From: Paragordius varius
Lineage: Eukaryota > Animalia > Nematomorpha
Direction: 5' to 3'
Assembly (NCBI GenBank): GCA_964247055.1
Contig: OZ176054.1
Span: forward strand, 12,462,001 to 12,526,000
Length of the DNA: 64,000 bases
In this document: one piece after another, positions 50,101 to 62,971 of the stretch
How positions within the stretch are numbered: the stretch's first letter is position 1
How the letters are laid out: each line of letters begins with the position of its first letter
The notes under the pieces: generated by a model
Told to the model about the DNA's origin: nothing
The model's database searches: none
Seen by the model: only the letters and a program-made list of their open reading frames with translations
Program-made: the position numbers and the translations under genes

Positions 50101-52055
50101 TCGGATGGGTCTACTCCAGCAATTTTATCTGAAATGTATAAATGCAATGCAAAAACAAAAACGATAGAAGTTTTAAGAAAGTTTTTTTAAATAAAGGACC
50201 AATGACATATAAACTTTTCTAAAAACTTGTATACTAATTATATTCTGTTTATAATGCCCTTTTCTGATTTTAAAGTTATAATCGTTCAAAATTGAAATGA
50301 TTCAATAAATATTAGTTTTTGGGCATTATAAAACCCTTAAAATTAACCAAGAGAAAAAAAAAACTATTTTTTTTTATTCTTTATAAAAATATTTGAACGA
50401 TCTTAAATAATAACATTAAAGATTTTTTTGAACAACAAACTTAACTTAATTTTTTTAAAAAAACGAAATATATAAGAGTTTTTACTTACTGTAAACAGTA
50501 AGGATATCCGAAATGTTTCGTGCAAAAATGCCAGGAACATCCAAGCTATTCGCTAATGGTATTAGCCCATGTCGACTCAAAGTCCCATAACTCGGTTTAA
50601 AACCGTAAACTCCACAATAAGCTGCGGGATTCCGAACAGAACCGCCGGTGTCAGAACCTATTGAGCTTTTTTGGAGAAAAAAAGAATAAAAATTGATATA
50701 CAGATATAGTGTTCAAGATTTTTTTGTGAAATAACCCTTTGTGGTAAAACATTGTTTAAAGAGTAAACTTATAAAGTAATATGTATATGCAAGTATATTA
50801 AAAAACGATCTGAAAAAAATATTTAAATAAACCTTGTTTTTGATAAAAGAAATGATATATAATTTTTAATAAAGTACTCTACTAACTCAGCGATGAATAT
50901 AGTAAAAGTTTAAAGAAATGAATTTTTTTTGTGATAAAGTCGTTCGTTTTTGATTTTCAATATTATGATGGAAAAACAATATTGGATTTTTAGCACGATC
51001 CATATTAGTTTTTAATTATGTAAATTTAAAGAGAATTTTTATTTCACAATTAATTTTCTTCGTACTTACAAATATACATCCACGTATCGCAAATAATAAA
51101 TTAATTTTTTTGAAAGTATAAAATATAGCTCTATAAGGTAAAAAACTGCATTGAGAATTAATTATATATTAAAAAGTGTTTTATTAATTTTATCTTTATT
51201 CTATTTGACTTTACCAAATAATATACTATAATTTAATTTATATTAAAGGCACTGCACAAATGACTTCGCTAACGCGTCGGGTGTATTCAATATGGGCATT
51301 AACGATTATATTATATTAGAGTTTAAACTTAAGAATTAATTCAACAATTTTTTTGCAATACTTGGAAATTTATTTAGAATCAAAAAATATTAATTTGACT
51401 GTGACTAACACCTTTTATAGAAAGGCGATGATAAAGATAAATAGTATTTAAAATAATCTCAATTTTTACAAAAAAGATGATCCCGTCAAAACTGAAACCG
51501 CGCAACCACCGGAAGAACCACCCGCAATCGCAAAATCGCCGTTTATGTCATTATGAAAGTTTCTTTGTCCAATTCGTTGTTTAGTTTTGTGTGGAGAATT
51601 GTCTACTTGACTATTTTGTCTGCGCAAATATCGTCTGGGATTTATAACAGGACCATAAATTGAATTGACTGAGGCATTTCTATAGAGTTATGAAACAAAA
51701 ACCCCATAGAAAATTCGTCCATATTACATTTCCCAATCAATTGTGCACCTGATTTATTTAATTTGTCAACGATGGTTGCATTATAAAGTGAATTAAAATT
51801 TTTTAGCATGTTTGATCCACATGATGTGTTCAAAGTTGTTTCACAAAAATTGTCTTTAAGAGAATAGACAATGTGATTAAAAAGATTTTCTTCGTCCCTT
51901 TGTGGCTTGTTCAGACATTTGGTGGTGCTTATATAAGCATTACATAAATTAGCATGTTTTAGTCCTTTATTACAGAAATCTAATATATTTGTCCAATCAA
52001 TTTGTTTGTCTGCCAAAAGCTTTAAGATTTCCAAAATTGTATAATTTGATTTCAT
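46213..52055 (-). CDS. QRSL1: Glutamyl-tRNA(Gln) amidotransferase subunit A, mitochondrial (GatA), ~600 aa
   Basis: 10 phase-compatible exons: 52055-51703, 51679-51470, 50665-50490, 50128-49935, 49840-49695, 49266-49106, 48471-48375, 48070-47947, 47329-47191, 46415-46213. Amidase signature [64 protein letters not shown]. Confidence 0.95.
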
Positions 52056-52104
52056 GGATGAGCATGCTTTTTCAATGTGATTTAATGCACGACGGTTTAG
52101 TCAT

Positions 52105-54332
52105 ATGAAGCGAAGTTTTCAAATTCATGATTGGAATTTTGACGTTAATAAAAGTCATATACTACCCTCAGAATGCGCAAAGCAATGCGGAAAATGTCAT
52201 TTTTGCACGTTTTATATCGTAATTTAATTGTTTAGATTTACAAAAGCCTTAGGCAAATGGGATAGCTTGCCAGAAATGGTATTTTCTCAAAATTCAATAA
52301 CCATTAGCAAACAACACCAAAAACTTAATTGCCAGCCAATCGAAATAAAATTTTGCGCATTAGATGCTTTAAAAGATGTAAATTATAATCAAGCACCTGA
52401 TCTTAAAGTCATTTATGCCAATGATTGGTTACATTCCAGGTTTATTAATTGTTGTTATCGCATACAGAACTGAAAATACCCCAAATGAATTACTTAAAAT
52501 GGTCAAAAACTATGATTGGACCTATAAATCTCACTATCATGGCACATTATGTACCAATTGCTCAGAAAATAAGTTGTTTAAACCCACAAACGCCTCTATA
52601 AATTACAAATTACTCAGTCAACCAGAACCAATTTTATTTTTCGATCAAATTGATTTGTATGAAGATGAACTGGGAGATAACGGAATAACTAAATGTGATG
52701 TCAAAATTGTAAACCTCTTTTATGTTAATATTTTTTCCAAAAGATTTAAATACAATTAAAATTTTAATTGTTAAGACAAACAAAAACGTGAAAGACCACT
52801 GATAGATTTTTACACGATAATAATATTTTTTAACTTCTTAAAAGACATTCATTTTTAGTTAATAAGGTTATATTGTTAACAAACAATTTTATTTTTTTAT
52901 AATTTCAAACAAATATTGTTTTCTTTCTTTAAAAAATTATACTTTTATTTAATAATTTGCATTTAAATGCTATATAGTCAACATTTTAATATTTACTGTA
53001 AAAATCGGTTCTGTATAAATTAGAGAGTTACCAATTTATATTGGTTTGTTCTACTACGATGCTTTATTCGAATCGATGGGGTTTGTGTTCAATCGTTGGA
53101 AACACGATACTACCATGAAGTAATGATATATGTTTGGTATACTTACGTAATAAACTTTTGGGTAATTGTGATCAAAAATTATTTAAACAGTTTTGATAAT
53201 AATCAAAAACAAGTTAAAGGCTTTCAAGGCGTTTTTTCGTATTGTTTGGCTTACTAACGGTTATAATTTTATGAGTTGTTTTCCCTTTTCTATTATAAAA
53301 ATTAAATTAAATATTTGTTTTTTTCTGAGAATGATAGCTTCCAATAAATATTTGCAATCAATATTTTATGCTTGAAATTAAGCTTGATTTAAATTATTAT
53401 TAATAACCGAAATATACACAATTTAGTCAAATCATAACGTTCTTTAGCTTTTTAGCAGATTAAGCATGCTGAAAATCTCAATTAACCTTTACTTCATTAT
53501 TTCGAATAATATAATCAAATTATTTGAGTATAAACACAATATGTTTTTTTAATAATTTTTAAGAAAAGAAATAATATTTAATTAATTGAGGATTTTTCCT
53601 AAAAATAATTCATTTTATTATATACATAGTTTACGAACTCATCGACCACACCTACAATACTCAGGGAAATTAGTGAAAAAGAATTACATCTCAATGCCAT
53701 AACTGATGACAAAAATAGTCAAGTTAGTTTTATAAACTTTATTATAATAATTGATTTAATTATTAAAACATAATTTACATTCAAGGTAAAAATTAAAGAA
53801 ATTTGATTCGCCCAATTTTTCCAATATTACAAATAATATTCATTTTATGTTGTATTATTTTCTATATTAATAATTTAAATGTCCAAAACACCGTCAAACT
53901 AATATAATTTTGTGGGAATGTGATATATGTGTATATATTCAAATATTTAAAACATAAAACCAATTATTTTAGCCTATCTCATAAAAAAATTTGAAAATTG
54001 ATTTTAACCCATTATATATATATATAGTATGCATTTTAATGGTTGCTTATTTTACACTATAGTAGGGGGCAATTTGCTACACACTAGTGTATGGAATAAA
54101 AGAAAGGAAATAATTCTTTATTCAACATTTACTTGTTTTTTCCATACTTTACAGTGTTGCAAATAGCCCCCTATTATAGTGTAAATTAATCAACCATTTA
54201 AATGCATAATGTATAATATTTTCTTTACATTGTTAGAAATGGCAAGATATCCATAACAATCATAAAATTGATGAAATATGTTCACATATTATTCCAGTGC
54301 TATACAAAGAAACTCAAGCCCTTCAATTATGA
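52105..54332 (+). CDS. TIPRL: TIP41-like protein (PP2A regulator), 277 aa
   Basis: Exons 52105-52208, 52236-52439, 52468-52708, 53024-53119, 53630-53722, 54237-54332 (first two introns 27 and 28 nt). Motifs KSHIL, SLPEMVF, ALDAL, YDWTY..YHGTL, LYEDELGDNG, RV..LLRCFIRIDGV..TRYYHE, LRE. Confidence 0.93.
54028..54208. repeat. ~180-bp palindromic MITE in TIPRL intron 5
   Basis: TATGCATTTTAATGGTTG..TACACTATAGTAGGGGGCAATTTGC is mirrored by GCAAATAGCCCCCTATTATAGTGTA..CAACCATTTAAATGCATA. Confidence 0.85.
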
Positions 54333-54731
54333 ATAATTTGAAATTTATTATAATAAATAATTATTTTAATACGTCCCCCCCCCCCTCCCATACTAGTAAA
54401 AATTGAAATTATAGGGACAAAACGTAAAACCTAAAAGACAAATATTTATAGTTAAGAGAATGAATAGTAATAATATTTTTCAAACTTTTAAATTTTCCCC
54501 ATCTATATAAATTATTTAATTAAAAGCGTAAAAAATTCATTGATTATATTACCAATATACATACATTTTTATTCATACTGTGAAATTCGGAATTACTAAT
54601 ATATATATAAATCAAGTTTTAAAAAAGTACAGCGGTTGTTTTCAAAAAAAAATATTTGTCTTTTTGTGTTTAAGTTTGTGTCCGTATAATTTAAATTTTT
54701 AAAGTAGCTTTTTAAAGATAATACTAGGAAA

Positions 54732-57700
54732 TTAATATTTCATAATATCCAATACTGATTGAATGCATCTGAACTTATCAGGCAAATAAAATGGTTCAAA
54801 TATGAGGGGAAATGGTGTATCATATCCACATACCCTTTGGACTGGGGCTAGTAAATGAAGAAAGCATTCTTTCTAAATTTCATATAATATATAATTTATA
54901 GTTAAAGAGAAAAAATTTAAATAAAAAATTGGATATATTTAAATTGATTTCACATTCGAAATATTTAACCAAAATTAAACATATTCTAATGCACCATTTG
55001 CACTTCAAAAGTGTTCTTTAACACTCCAAGTTGGTCTTTGAACATTTCAAGTTGGTCCTTAAAATTTTTGAATTTTGATTTAACCATAATTTTTTATTTA
55101 TTTTTTATTTATAAACCTAATTTTCTTTATTTATTATATATTTATTCATTCAAAAATAAATATTTTATTCAAAAACCACTTTTTTGTTTCAAACTAATTT
55201 TTTTCCAATTTAACAAAATTATTAATTTTTAAATATGCAATGAAAAATTGTAAATAATAACTCTAATTACGTGTTAAAATCTAATAAATATCCAAAATAA
55301 TTTCAAGAAATTAATAAAGATATACGGTTTCTCAATGATTAAAGTTGATATTGATTTAAATTTATGTTAAATAATAGGGAATAAAAACGATAAAATAGAT
55401 GAATGATATACGATTTGATTGATAAAAGTTAACAAAAAAGTCAAAGGACCAACTTGAAATGTTCAAAGACCCTCTTGAAGTGCAAATAGTATATATGATT
55501 TGTCTTTGCGATATACAATTTTTGGAAATACAATAATATGACTAATGATTAAAATTTTTGATAATTCGGATATTTTAATATCAGTTTCTTTCACATATCA
55601 TCACTAATTATCTACGAATTTAAAATGCTTTTTTATTATTAAACCAGCCATATCTAAAAAATTTTATTTCTATATTTTATATATAAAAAAATGCTCAAAT
55701 TATATATTTTTCAGTTATAACAATACCTGAATAGTTGCGGCAATCTCCGCCCCAAAACCCGAAGTCAATGGTGCTTCATGGGCAATCACAAGGCGACCAG
55801 TTTTGCATACACTCTGATTTAAGCGTAAAAATTACAATAATTGAAATTATTTAAACAAAATTTTTTTGCAACAGTAAAGCATAACTTCATAATTATTTTC
55901 TAAAAAAACCTGCGAGATAATACTCTATAACTTGATAAGTATTGGAAAAAATCTAAAAATGTGGGTTTCTTAAATAAATTTTCATGCTTTTTAATTATAA
56001 TTAAAGTAATAAAAAATGGACCAGTTAAAAATGGATAATCAAATCAACTATGATTTAAATTAATTTTATGGTTTAATTCCTCTCAGAGCAAAAAATAAGG
56101 CCGATTCATGTAAAAATATAAATTACCTCCATATACTATGAAATAGATACTAAGTTATAATAGTAAACGCTTTTTGCCAACGATATTAGATACCCCTAAA
56201 ATCGCAACCGCATTTATTGAATCAAACCATCAAACCTTCAAAAACCCTTATAAATATTATCAAACCGTTTTAATACCCAACAAACCTAAAAACTCGTTAA
56301 AAATTACATGATTTTAGTATTTTTACCACTTTTTAAATCAATCAAACCTTAAACTTATTTTACAGTTAAAGAGATGTTTTTCCATACATTTAAAATCGTG
56401 TCTTGGTCCCATGGCATAATAGTTTGTAGATCAATGACTTCACAATCCACTTTAGGTAATGTTAGACCCTTTTCATGATGCTGATGTTCAAACAATACTG
56501 GACCCCCGGCCTCAAAGTGTTGAGCAATTTGCATTAAAATATGGCATTGAGTTCCCCACCCCAAGAGTGTCACGTCTCGTCCTAATTTAAAAGGAAAAAC
56601 GATGATAATAGTTTTTTTAAAAAAAAAATTATTGCGTAAAACTATTTTTTAATAGCCTCAAAAAAAACTTTAAAAAGCAGTAAATTGAAATTATAAATTA
56701 AAAAACTAATAGACAAATATGTATTTATAAAAAATTAACCATACTTATAAACCTTTATTTTATATATTTATAAAAAGTTAACCATACGTTTGCGCCCACA
56801 TTTTTATAAACAACTTTACGTTTAAGGTTGCTAAATAAATTGATCGTCATTTAGTAAACTTCTTAATAATTAATTTGAAATCTCGTTATTATATTCGGAA
56901 GAGTTAAAAAAATATAGTTGTCTTAAAATATTATTCTTTTAGTTTTTCCGTTTTGTCTTTGCAATTTTATTTTTATATATTCAGTTAATTTTTTTAGATT
57001 AATGCATTACTATGAATATCCTGGCATCTTTTAAACATGAAAAATATGTATGCAAAAAAACAAATATAATTTTTATATATATAACATTTACAGTTTAAAA
57101 ATCCAAATTTACACATGAATTTTTTAATATTAAAAATTACCATTATTTAACTTATAATTTTAATTATAATACTCAAAAATTAATAAAATATTCCGTAAAG
57201 ATATATAACATATTATTGATGACTTAGATTAGCATGAAAACACATAATTTATTATTAAAGTAAATTTGAATTGTTCGAGGGTGAATTTGAATTGTTCAAG
57301 GGTGAATTTGAATTGTAAATGGTATATTAGTGAGAAGAGATAAAAAAACTAAAAACCTGGTTTAAGTATTTCAGCTTTTCCCAACGGTATTTCAAAATTT
57401 GCCTCAGACGGGACATTTTCGATTGCAGTTCTATACAGTATTTTTGGTTCTAGGAAAAGACAGGGATTACATTCTTTCGCACAACTTAGGAGTAAGCCCT
57501 TGGCTGTAATAGGTCCTCGAGGTATAGCTATCTAATTGAACAATATTTTATATAAATGCATAAATTTATTTAAAGCATATTGAGAAATATGCTTTTTTCC
57601 AAAATACCACCTTACTATTATAAACTTGATTTTTTTATAAATAAATTTAACGTATGAAATTGAAATGTAAATTGATAGCACAATCGATTATAGGAAAAAT

Positions 57701-59936
57701 TGGGGTGTAAAAAGAAATTTACATTTTTTTTCTTTCTTTGGCAACGCAAAACGATTGATTATATATTCTAAACAAACATGGTTTCTAGAAATATGGTTGA
57801 GTTGCTTTTATTCAATATTGTGTTTTAATGTCTACGTTTTGTTTTTATAATACAGTATGATTGAAATTCAAACAGTTATTTTTTATGCTTTTAACTGTTA
57901 TGAGCCAAGTGCTCTGTGTATATTTATTTGGCATAATGGTGATATTATATAAAAAAACTAACATAGGAAAATTTTTGTCCCGTTGACTTTCGGTTTTACC
58001 TTAAAATAACTAATAAGTTTTTTGAATAAAATTTTTAATATACTTCGGTTTATTAATGTTATATAAGTGCAAAATTTTGCCATGGTTTCGATTCCTTCCA
58101 TACTTTTTTAAGTATTTGATTTTAAACAGGCCTGCCAACTACCCCCTTTTGAATCGAAGGACTAAAATGAGTGTGTTGTATCCAAGTGTTAATGGCAGGC
58201 AAAATATATAATTGCCTTTATATCTTTAATTATTCCACTCAAACTTTTATTTCAAAAAAAGCGTTCATTGGAAATCAAAAACCTAACTTTAAGGCCAGGA
58301 AGATGAATGAAAAAAGCTTCATTGCTTTGGGAATGATATGATAGTCTTTTGTCAAAAATTATTTTTATACTTTCACACTTTATCCTTAAGTTTACGTTTT
58401 ATGCCACTCTAACTTATAGAAAAAAAATAAGTTTCAAAGTAATCTCCAGAGAGTAAAACTTAACTATCCTTTAAGGCCAGGAACATGGGCAAAAAAATCA
58501 ACGTTTTAATAATGTGATAGTTTATATAAGTTTTGTCCGTATAATTTCAATTTTTACTGTTATTTCAAAAAAGGTTCTTTTCAATCAAAACCCTAACTTT
58601 AAGTCCAGGAACATGAGCAAAAAAAGCTTCATTGCTTTGGGAATGATATAGGGCGCCATGTCCTACAGCTCCACAAGGTGAACGGATAATTAAACCGCCA
58701 TCTAGGGCCCATTCACCACCTGATCTGTAACGGTATTTTGCGGCTTCGTTAACAATCTAAATTGCATTTAATGGGAAAAAAGCATGTGATATTATTTTTA
58801 TTTTAGGTCATATAAAAATGATTTAGTTTAATTTAAAGTTTTACAAATAAATTACCTAAAAACCATAGGTTTGAAATAAATGATAAGCAAATTTATAATT
58901 TTTCAGGAGAAAAGATTATATAATAATTTAAAGTGAATATTTTATTACAATACAAAACATATTATTTAATATTATTAAAAATTTTAATGAAAATAATATT
59001 TAATTTCCAAAAAACAAAAAACAAGCAATTTCACAAACAAAATTAATAATTTCACCCCAATTTTTAATAAAAATCTAATTTTTTAAATGTGAAAAATGTG
59101 AATTAGTAACACCTCAATTATACATTATTCAATTGTAAGCTCTTATAAATTTTATATAGAAAAAATCAGGTTTTAAAAAGTTTGGCTGCCTTTTTTGAGT
59201 CTAATATTTGTCTTTTGGGTTAACATTTTGTCTTAACACTTTCATTTTATTATAAAATAAATATCTAGTAAATATTTTTGCCTTTAAACTATTTTACCTG
59301 ATCAAAAGCGGGAAAAATGTAATCAGAAAATTGTATTTCTGCGATGGCTTTAGTTCCAGTAACTGCGACTCCAATGGCAAACCCTATAATACCCTGTTCA
59401 GAAAGTGGAGTATTGAACACGCGGGCATTACCTATTGTAGAGTAAAAATTGAAATAAGAAAGATCACTAAAACTTAGACAAATTTTTTGTAAACACAACC
59501 ATATTATTTTGATTGGTTTTCTTGCAATAAACTTAGAGACTTATTTAATGTTTAGATTGTTAATTCTATAAGTGGTTTTTAAAATATAATGTCTTTTAGT
59601 TGTTATGTTTTGTCTATAAAATTCCAATTAATGTTATAATTTTACCATATTTTTCTCTAAGTCCATTAGAACATCTAAATACACCACCAAATGCTACATC
59701 CTCTCCAAATAACACTACATTTTATAAGGTTAAATACTAGAATTTGGATATTGCTCTAAAATAAGGTCCATGGCATGATTAATAGATTGGAAAAGATTCA
59801 TTTGCTTGCATTCTTTAAATTATTTTATAAATTAAATACCTGGCTCAGGATTGAGTTTTGTGGGATGAAATGCAAGGGCAGTAGAGAACTTTGAGTTTAA
59901 AATTTTAGATACGATTTTTTGGGTTTTAAGCATCAT
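54732..59936 (-). CDS. BCKDHB: Branched-chain alpha-keto acid dehydrogenase E1 beta subunit, 376 aa
   Basis: 9 phase-compatible exons: 59936-59840, 59812-59738, 59714-59646, 59431-59298, 58756-58598, 57531-57357, 56581-56388, 55813-55727, 54872-54732. Motifs [92 protein letters not shown]. Confidence 0.96.
54996..55490. mobile_element. MITE-like element with inverted ends in BCKDHB intron 8
   Basis: TTTGCACTTCAA..GGTCTTTGAACATTTCAAGTTGGTCCTT is mirrored by AAGGACCAACTTGAAATGTTCAAAGACC..TTGAAGTGCAAA. Confidence 0.75.
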
Positions 59937-62065
59937 ATTGGTCCCATTCGTTGGTTAAAACAACATGTTATAACATGTGCTTTACCAAAACGTCTTGAGT
60001 TGTGGATTAACACTTGGATACAACACATTCATTTTAGTCTTCGATTCAAATTGGGGTAGTTAAATACCCCAGGCCTGTTAAAAATTAAAATTCTTTAAAA
60101 ATATGGAAGGAATCGAAACCATGGCAAAATCTTGCATTTATATAACATTAATAAACCGAAATATATAAAAAATTTTATTAAAATACTTGATATTAATTAT
60201 TTTAACCTAAAACTAAAAGGTAGAAACTTACTCATCGTGACATGTGTGTAATGGTAAACTTGAAAAATAATGCGAAATAAATCGCGTTTTCTTTTTCTAT
60301 CAATGCTAGATGTAATATATATAAAAAATTAGCTTTAATTTTACCCTTAAAATTAAATGAAGACGATATTTTGCCAAAATTTTGTAAAATAATAATGGCG
60401 GCGAAATAGTTTGACATGGAACTTTTTTTTCATTGCAAAATTTTATTTAGATATTTTCACATATTTATATAATTCGTATTAGGATAGAAGCATAAATTTA
60501 AATTGGGACCGTTTCCTTCAGTAGTTTTATAAAAATCATAGCTCAAATTTTGTCTGGGGTATATATATACCCCCAGCCAATATTAATGTTTATCATTGTA
60601 AAAAACTACTAAAAGAAACGGTTTCAATTTAAATTTATGCTTTTATCATAATAAAAATATATGCCTAAATATCCAAAAAAATAGTTTTGGAAAAAAAGTT
60701 GGGCATCAAACTACTTGAACGCCATCAACATTTTTGTAAAATATCGTGTTTATTTGATTCTAAGGCTAAAATTAGGTGTTTTTTTATTAAAACGGCATTT
60801 AACATTAAAATAAATAGAAAAGTGGTATATTTTGCAATATTTTTACATTTTTATGCACACATGTCCTTATGGCTAAATTTTTAGCTTTAGGTTTTACCTC
60901 GATTGATTATTTATTATGTTCCGATTGATTAGTGTTTTATAAGTGAAACTTTTGCCATAGTTTCAATTTATTCAATATTATTGAATATATAATTTTAACA
61001 AGCCTGGGGTTTCTAAATACCTCAATCGAAGGATTGAAAAATGTGTTGCATCCAGGTGTAAGCAACTATATGTTTTTAAATTTATTTAGAATAAATAAAT
61101 ATCGTAATTTTAAACGGAAGTCTTTAAAAGATATAGAAAATAAATGTTATATTTTATTATATCGTATATTTGAAATACATAAAAATTTGCACTCATTTAT
61201 GGTAACAATCCAATGCTATTCATATTCTAGATGAGACGTTCAACACGAACTCTATGTTTCTAAAATTGAATTATGAGAAGTAATGAGTTCTGCAGCGCAG
61301 AGATTTTTTTGCCTATTACTATATAACTTCCCCAATATTAAAGCCTTTACACTATTAAAATATATAATTGTTTTCGTAGCCTAAAATTCATGTGTTTATA
61401 TAAAAACCACACAATTCGCTTCACCAAAATTTTGTTAATTAGATTTTTGAGAATATTTTTTATTTTTTCGGAAAAAATATTTTTTTCAGGTCAAAATTAA
61501 CACAATAAATTTTTCTCAATATCGGCATTTTCACGTTTATTTTAATAGAACCCATTTTGGAAAATAATAATGGGGCTCTTGAATCCCTCATCTAATAAAA
61601 ATGTGCGCCAATTTTGCAATTTTCTGGTATATAGAGATTACCACAAAAATTTTAACATTCATAAATCAATGTTGGGGAGGGGGGCACCAAAGCACCATTT
61701 ATCCTGATTCCTTTTTCTATCATAATATATATGTTTCTACAGGATAGTTTCAAACCTCCCTTATACTTGGAAGATGAAATACTTGATGAACAATTAAAAA
61801 AATATATAATTTTTGACATTTAGAGTTAACGATTTAGACCAGGGCTTCTTAAACTTTTATAGTTCCCGACCCCATTTTTGATTGCGTGTTTCTTAACGAC
61901 CCCAACAAATATAAAAGAAATACAATAGTTACTTCGAAATAACACTTAGAAATTTTGTTGATAATTTTTATCATGGTTATTTTGGTTATAAGAGATTGAC
62001 AAAAATAAATCTACATTTTTTGTATCTCCAACATTTTCTGATTTAAAGTAAATTTATACAAGATA

Positions 62066-62097
62066 CTAGCTGGCCCTGTCACGCTTCGCTGTGGGGT
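62066..62097 (-). mobile_element. Helitron-like 3' terminus
   Basis: The minus strand reads CCCCACAGCGAAGCGTGACAGGGCCAGCTAG|T: a GAA-loop hairpin followed by CTAG and a T flank. The 5' end was not identified. Confidence 0.45.
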
Positions 62098-62971
62098 AGT
62101 CTCACCGATAATTATTTTTAATAATTTTCAATAAATAGAGTTAATGGAGATAAAAAAAATAATAAAAAAAATACATAATATAAAGAATGTCTTTAATAAT
62201 TCTTTTATTTTTGCATAGGCTCAAATAATGTTTATCCGAAATCGACCATATTTTATCTGTCCCGTATAAAAGTCAATATTCAACTATCATTGGATTTATT
62301 AAAGGTTTTCGTTTTACGAAATCATGGTTAAATTATTTTGAAATTGTGTTCACATAGCTGGGATCAAGGGATATAAAAAGTAAATCATTTGTAGTCCTTT
62401 TTTAAAGGAAAGAATGAGATTATACAAATTCCCCAGAAATGTGTTTAACTGAACTCGTATTGTTTCTTAAATTTTTTGAAAAGCTCCTAAACTAAGCCAT
62501 TTTTGTATGGCGTCTCAGTTTTAAAGACCCCAACCCAAAGACCTATATTAAAAAAGCGCTGAATTAAATTCTTTGCCTTTATAGGGCAAATATTTGGAAT
62601 CATCTTTGATACCATCGTCTCATGGGTTATTCAAAAAAATACCCCAACACTAAATAATCGTTATATGATGGCGTATTTTTAGGGCATAAAGCCCCAAATT
62701 AAGGACTATTAAAAAATACTCGACCTTAATTTTACCTAGTTACGGGTAATATTTCAAGCTTTTAATGAGCTCATATGGCTTCATAAATTTTCTGTAAATT
62801 AGCTCCAAAACAACGCACTATATAATGGCGGAGTTTTAGCGGCTCTCTGTCCAGCAGCCAATATAAAAAAACAGAGTAAAATTTTTGTCTTTTAACAGGG
62901 AAAAGCTAGAATCCTCAGTGATTTTTAACGGTCTTATACCCTGGTCAAAAAATTATTTAATTTTTTAAAAA

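Noticed and set aside
61840-61910. hAT-like left end CAGGGCTTCTTAAACTT
   Set aside because: No matching right TIR or TSD was found, so it was not called as an element.
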